Origin: Pseudomonadota bacterium | GTDB lineage: Bacteria > Pseudomonadota > Gammaproteobacteria > Steroidobacterales > Steroidobacteraceae | Length of the DNA: 32,000 nt | Direction: 5' to 3' | Assembly: GCA_018241505.1 (NCBI GenBank) | Contig: JAFEDS010000018.1 | Span: 52,541 to 84,540 of the forward strand | Part shown: piece after piece, positions 29,457-32,000 of the stretch | Numbering within the stretch: position 1 is the stretch's first letter | Layout of the letters: each line of letters starts with the position of its first letter | Program-made: the position numbers and the translations under genes | The notes under the pieces: generated by a model | Database searches by the model: none | The model's input: the letters and a program-made list of their open reading frames with translations, nothing else | What the model was told of the DNA's origin: nothing

Positions 29457-29884
29457 GATGTCAGGAATGCAAGTGCGCACGTTACTGGGCCCACGGTGAT
29501 GCGTGGGAGTAGGAGGCGCGGCGTTGGGTTGGCGGTGGCATCGCCGGCGGCAGCGTCCTGAGCCACGGCCGCGGCCCCCGCCACAGCGGCGGCTTCGGCG
29601 ACCGAATGTACATTCATGGCGGCCATCGAGCGTACTGAGCGCGTAACGGTTGCCGCGTTGGCGGCTTCCAGGTCAGGCTGCGCAATGGCCAACAGCGGCA
29701 AGCCGCGCTCTTTTGCCGCAGCTCGAATGCCGGGCTCACTCGCTTTTGAAGCTGGCGTCGCGATGGCGGTCAGCGTTTCATGTTGGCTTGCTTGCGTTGC
29801 ACGCAACGTCGCCACGGCCGCCGCAATGGCCGCCAGAACCTGCTCGCCACTCACTCCCGCCCGGCACCCAATCCCAGCCACCAT
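29453..29884 (-). CDS. cobE: CobE / CbiG C-terminal-domain cobalamin biosynthesis protein
   Basis: [20 protein letters not shown]...[11 protein letters not shown]...VTCALA matches the CbiG_C/CobE pattern. The ATG at 29884 overlaps the cobL TGA by 1 nt (TGATG). Confidence 0.7.
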   Translation of the reverse strand: MVAGIGCRAGVSGEQVLAAIAAAVATLRATQASQHETLTAIATPASKASEPGIRAAAKERGLPLLAIAQPDLEAANAATVTRSVRSMAAMNVHSVAEAAAVAGAAAVAQDAAAGDATANPTPRLLLPRITVGPVTCALAFLTS

Positions 29885-31131
29885 CAAGGCTTCACCCAGG
29901 TCCACTGCACAATGGGATTCCCGGGCCGCCAGCTCGAGAAACGCCCATCTTCACCTCCAACCGCCCCGGTGTGGTGAATCTCGATGCGCGTCATGGTGCC
30001 GCCGTGCTCTGCATGAGCATTCAGGAGAAGGGCTTCGGTTTCGAGCGTAACCGCATTCACCACCAAACGCCCGTGCGCCCGAAGTGCGGCGCGTGCCGCC
30101 TGTATCAACCCCGGTGTGGTCGCGCCGCCCCCGATAAAAATGGCATCCGGGGTGGTGAGATTGTTGAGTGCCTGCGGGGCGGTGGCTTCGATAACCTGGA
30201 GGTCCGGGACGCCGAAGGTGGCGGCGTTGCGCCTGATCCGAGCGGCCCGGTCGCCTCGGCATTCGATCGCAACGGCGGTCAACGATGGGTCGGCCAGCAG
30301 CCACTCGATGGCAATCGATCCGGAGCCGGCACCGATATCCCAGAGGTGCTCTGCCTCTCGTGGTGCCAATGCCGACAAAGTCAATGCGCGGACTTCGCGT
30401 TTAGTGATCTGTCCGTCGTGTTCAAACAACGCATCCGGGAGACCCGGCACCCGGGGGATGACCCGGGCGCCAGGTCCTGCGACGACTTCGATGGCTACCG
30501 TGTTGAGAGGGTTGATCTGGTCGACACTGAAGGAATCCGCACGCGCTGACCTGACTCGCTCACGTGGGCCGCCAAGTGCTTCCAGCACAGTGACTCTGGA
30601 CTCACCAAAACCGGTCGTGCACAGCAATGCGGCAATGGCGGCGGGTGTGTCGGCCCCGGATGTGAGCACCAGAATGCGCGCCCCGGGACGCAGATGCGGG
30701 CGGATCAAATCCAGGGGGCGCCCGCACAACGACAGGAGCTTGAGCTGAGGAAGGGGCCACAAGAGCCTCGAAGCAGCGAGACTGAATGCCGAAACGGCCG
30801 GAATCGCGAACGTTTCCTGCGCCGGAACATGGCGCGCCAGCAGACTCCCCACTCCATGTTGAAACGGGTCTCCCGACGCGAGCACGCATACAGGGCGGCC
30901 TCGATGCGCCAAAACTTCCGCCATGGACTGGTCGAATGGACTGCCCCACGGACGCGCGGTCCCGCGGATGAGCGGCGCTACGAGGGACAGATGCCGCGAT
31001 CCTCCAAACACCTGGTCAGCCGACTGGATCAGGCCCCGTGCCGGCTCACCCAGTCCCTCGATGCCGTCCTCGCCGATTCCGACAATCGACAGCCACCGGG
31101 CCGGTTGATCTATGTTAGTGTTGGCGCTCAT
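29884..31131 (-). CDS. cobL: Precorrin-6Y C5,15-methyltransferase (decarboxylating), fused CbiE+CbiT type
   Basis: 415 aa from ATG 31131 (MSANTNIDQPARWLSIVGIGEDGIEGL). C-terminal CbiT-like SAM methyltransferase (HLWDIGAGSGSIAIEW). The longest ORF extends to 31407, but that extension is antisense to cobK and shows no family similarity. Confidence 0.88.
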   Translation of the reverse strand: MSANTNIDQPARWLSIVGIGEDGIEGLGEPARGLIQSADQVFGGSRHLSLVAPLIRGTARPWGSPFDQSMAEVLAHRGRPVCVLASGDPFQHGVGSLLARHVPAQETFAIPAVSAFSLAASRLLWPLPQLKLLSLCGRPLDLIRPHLRPGARILVLTSGADTPAAIAALLCTTGFGESRVTVLEALGGPRERVRSARADSFSVDQINPLNTVAIEVVAGPGARVIPRVPGLPDALFEHDGQITKREVRALTLSALAPREAEHLWDIGAGSGSIAIEWLLADPSLTAVAIECRGDRAARIRRNAATFGVPDLQVIEATAPQALNNLTTPDAIFIGGGATTPGLIQAARAALRAHGRLVVNAVTLETEALLLNAHAEHGGTMTRIEIHHTGAVGGEDGRFSSWRPGNPIVQWTWVKP

Positions 31132-31894
31132 GCAACCGAATGTCCTGATCCTGGGAGGAACAACGGAGGCCCGCGAGCTCGCCGCGGCACTCTCCGGGAG
31201 ACCGTTTGCGACAACAGTTTCGTTGGCGGGTCGTACGACGTCCCCCGCCTCGCAGGCTGTTCCCGTGCGAGTGGGTGGATTTGGGGGCGCCGAAGGTCTT
31301 GCGGCGTATCTGGAAGCTAACAACGTTGACTTTCTGATCGACGCTACACACCCGTACGCGGACACGATCAGTACCAACGCCGCGTTGGCGGCAGGGCAAA
31401 CTTCCACGCCGATCCTGGCGTTGCGCCGACCTCCGTGGCAACCGATGGACGGCGATTTCTGGGTGGATGTAGCGGACTCGGAGGGTGCCGTGCGCGCACT
31501 CGGCCGTGCTCCGAGACGCGTCTTCCTCGCGGTTGGACGCCAAGAGTTGAGTCCCTTCTGTAAAGCCCCGCAACATCACTACTTCATCCGAAGTGTCGAT
31601 CCGGTCGACCCGCCGCTCGATGTACCGCATGCAACCTACATTCTCGCCCGCGGTCCTTTCAACGAGGCTGCCGATCAGGCATTGCTCGCGTCGCATAGCA
31701 TCAACGCCGTTGTGGCCAAGAACAGTGGTGGCACCGCCACATACAGCAAAATCGCAGCGGCCCGCACACTCGGTATTCCAGTTTTCATGTTCAAGCGGCC
31801 GCCGGTACCGGATTGCGCGGCTGTGGCCACAGTCGCCGAAGCTGTCGACTGGCTTTATCAAGCGGCAGGTCTCGAGCTTCCGCGTGGCGTGTAG
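31130..31894 (+). CDS. cobK: Precorrin-6A reductase
   Basis: 254 aa from ATG 31130 (MQPNVLILGGTTEARELAAAL). Motifs LIDATHPYA and GPF...VVAKNSGG are typical of CobK/CbiJ. An alternative ATG lies at 31112. Confidence 0.85.
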   Translation: MQPNVLILGGTTEARELAAALSGRPFATTVSLAGRTTSPASQAVPVRVGGFGGAEGLAAYLEANNVDFLIDATHPYADTISTNAALAAGQTSTPILALRRPPWQPMDGDFWVDVADSEGAVRALGRAPRRVFLAVGRQELSPFCKAPQHHYFIRSVDPVDPPLDVPHATYILARGPFNEAADQALLASHSINAVVAKNSGGTATYSKIAAARTLGIPVFMFKRPPVPDCAAVATVAEAVDWLYQAAGLELPRGV

Positions 31895-32000
31895 ACGAGC
31901 GGGGTGTTTCCGGGACGCTCAATCAGACGCGTTTCGGCCGAACCAACAATGATGCAAGTGGCCATATCGGCATCGCTCCCTCGGGCAGCCGACAGCCGGG
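31858..32000 (-). CDS. 3' end of a tetrapyrrole methyltransferase gene, probably precorrin-3B C17-methyltransferase (cobJ-like); 5' part lies outside the window
   Basis: My own translation of the minus strand entering from the window edge gives RLSAARGSDADMATCIIVGSAETRLIERPGNTPLVYTPRGSSRPAA, with TGA at 31860-31858. The IVGS..TR...VYTPRG tail is typical of the CobJ/CbiH-type methylase family. The fragment is not in the ORF track because it is short and truncated. Confidence 0.5.
   Translation of the reverse strand, partial: RLSAARGSDADMATCIIVGSAETRLIERPGNTPLVYTPRGSSRPAA

Noticed and set aside
27820-30549. Plus-strand ORFs of 365 aa (27820-28917) and 299 aa (29650-30549), plus several shorter ones
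   Set aside because: They are antisense to cobF/cobM and to cobE/cobL, all of which have clear family signatures. The plus-strand translations show no domain-like features.
31132-31407. N-terminal extensions offered by the longest-ORF track (cobL to 31407, soxA to 6804, soxB to 8267, polB to 14751, oxygenase beta to 22979, hydrolase from 25003, SYLF from 17695, cobM to 29480, cobE to 29905)
   Set aside because: In each case the extension overlaps the neighbouring gene and lacks family similarity. An internal start also reproduces the conserved family N-terminus, usually with an ATGA/TGATG-type coupling to the upstream stop.

Overview
GC-rich bacterial chromosomal segment (roughly 60-65 % GC by eye, not computed) with proteobacterial gene content. 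It holds about 30 tightly packed protein genes. I see no rRNA, tRNA, CRISPR array, transposase, integrase or phage gene.

Gene order, left to right:
- 5'-truncated EAL c-di-GMP phosphodiesterase
- secreted protein with two retropepsin-like aspartic protease domains
- EamA/DMT transporter
- minus-strand operon soxB-soxD-soxA-soxG (heterotetrameric sarcosine oxidase family), running into a rhomboid protease gene
- orphan NTP_transf_5-type nucleotidyltransferase
- MHYT-PAS-HisKA-HATPase-REC-REC hybrid histidine kinase
- ArsR-like regulator directly followed by family-B DNA polymerase II
- NIPSNAP protein with a Tat-like leader
- LysR regulator divergent from a YgiD-type extradiol dioxygenase, then a SYLF-domain protein
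- Slt70-like lytic transglycosylase
- Rieske oxygenase alpha/beta plus aldehyde dehydrogenase operon, divergent from a LysR gene translationally coupled to an arylformamidase-like hydrolase
- REC-Hpt / REC-GGDEF operon
- aerobic-type cobalamin cluster cobF, cobM, cobE, cobL (minus), cobK (plus), and the 3' end of a cobJ-like gene at the right edge

The ORF track renders GTG and other alternative starts as M and always gives the longest ORF. I trimmed several N-termini where conserved family N-termini and stop/start coupling indicate a shorter gene.

I cannot point to a clearly novel multi-gene system. The observations most worth follow-up are:
- the antisense-wedged cobK, whose start codon shares a CATG with cobL
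- a dispersed MHYT kinase / REC-Hpt / REC-GGDEF / EAL signalling set
- the single-chain tandem retropepsin
- the ArsR-polB pairing
- the rhomboid gene fused to the sox operon
- a Rieske oxygenase cluster without electron-transfer partners

All functional calls rest on motif recognition by eye. No database search was run.
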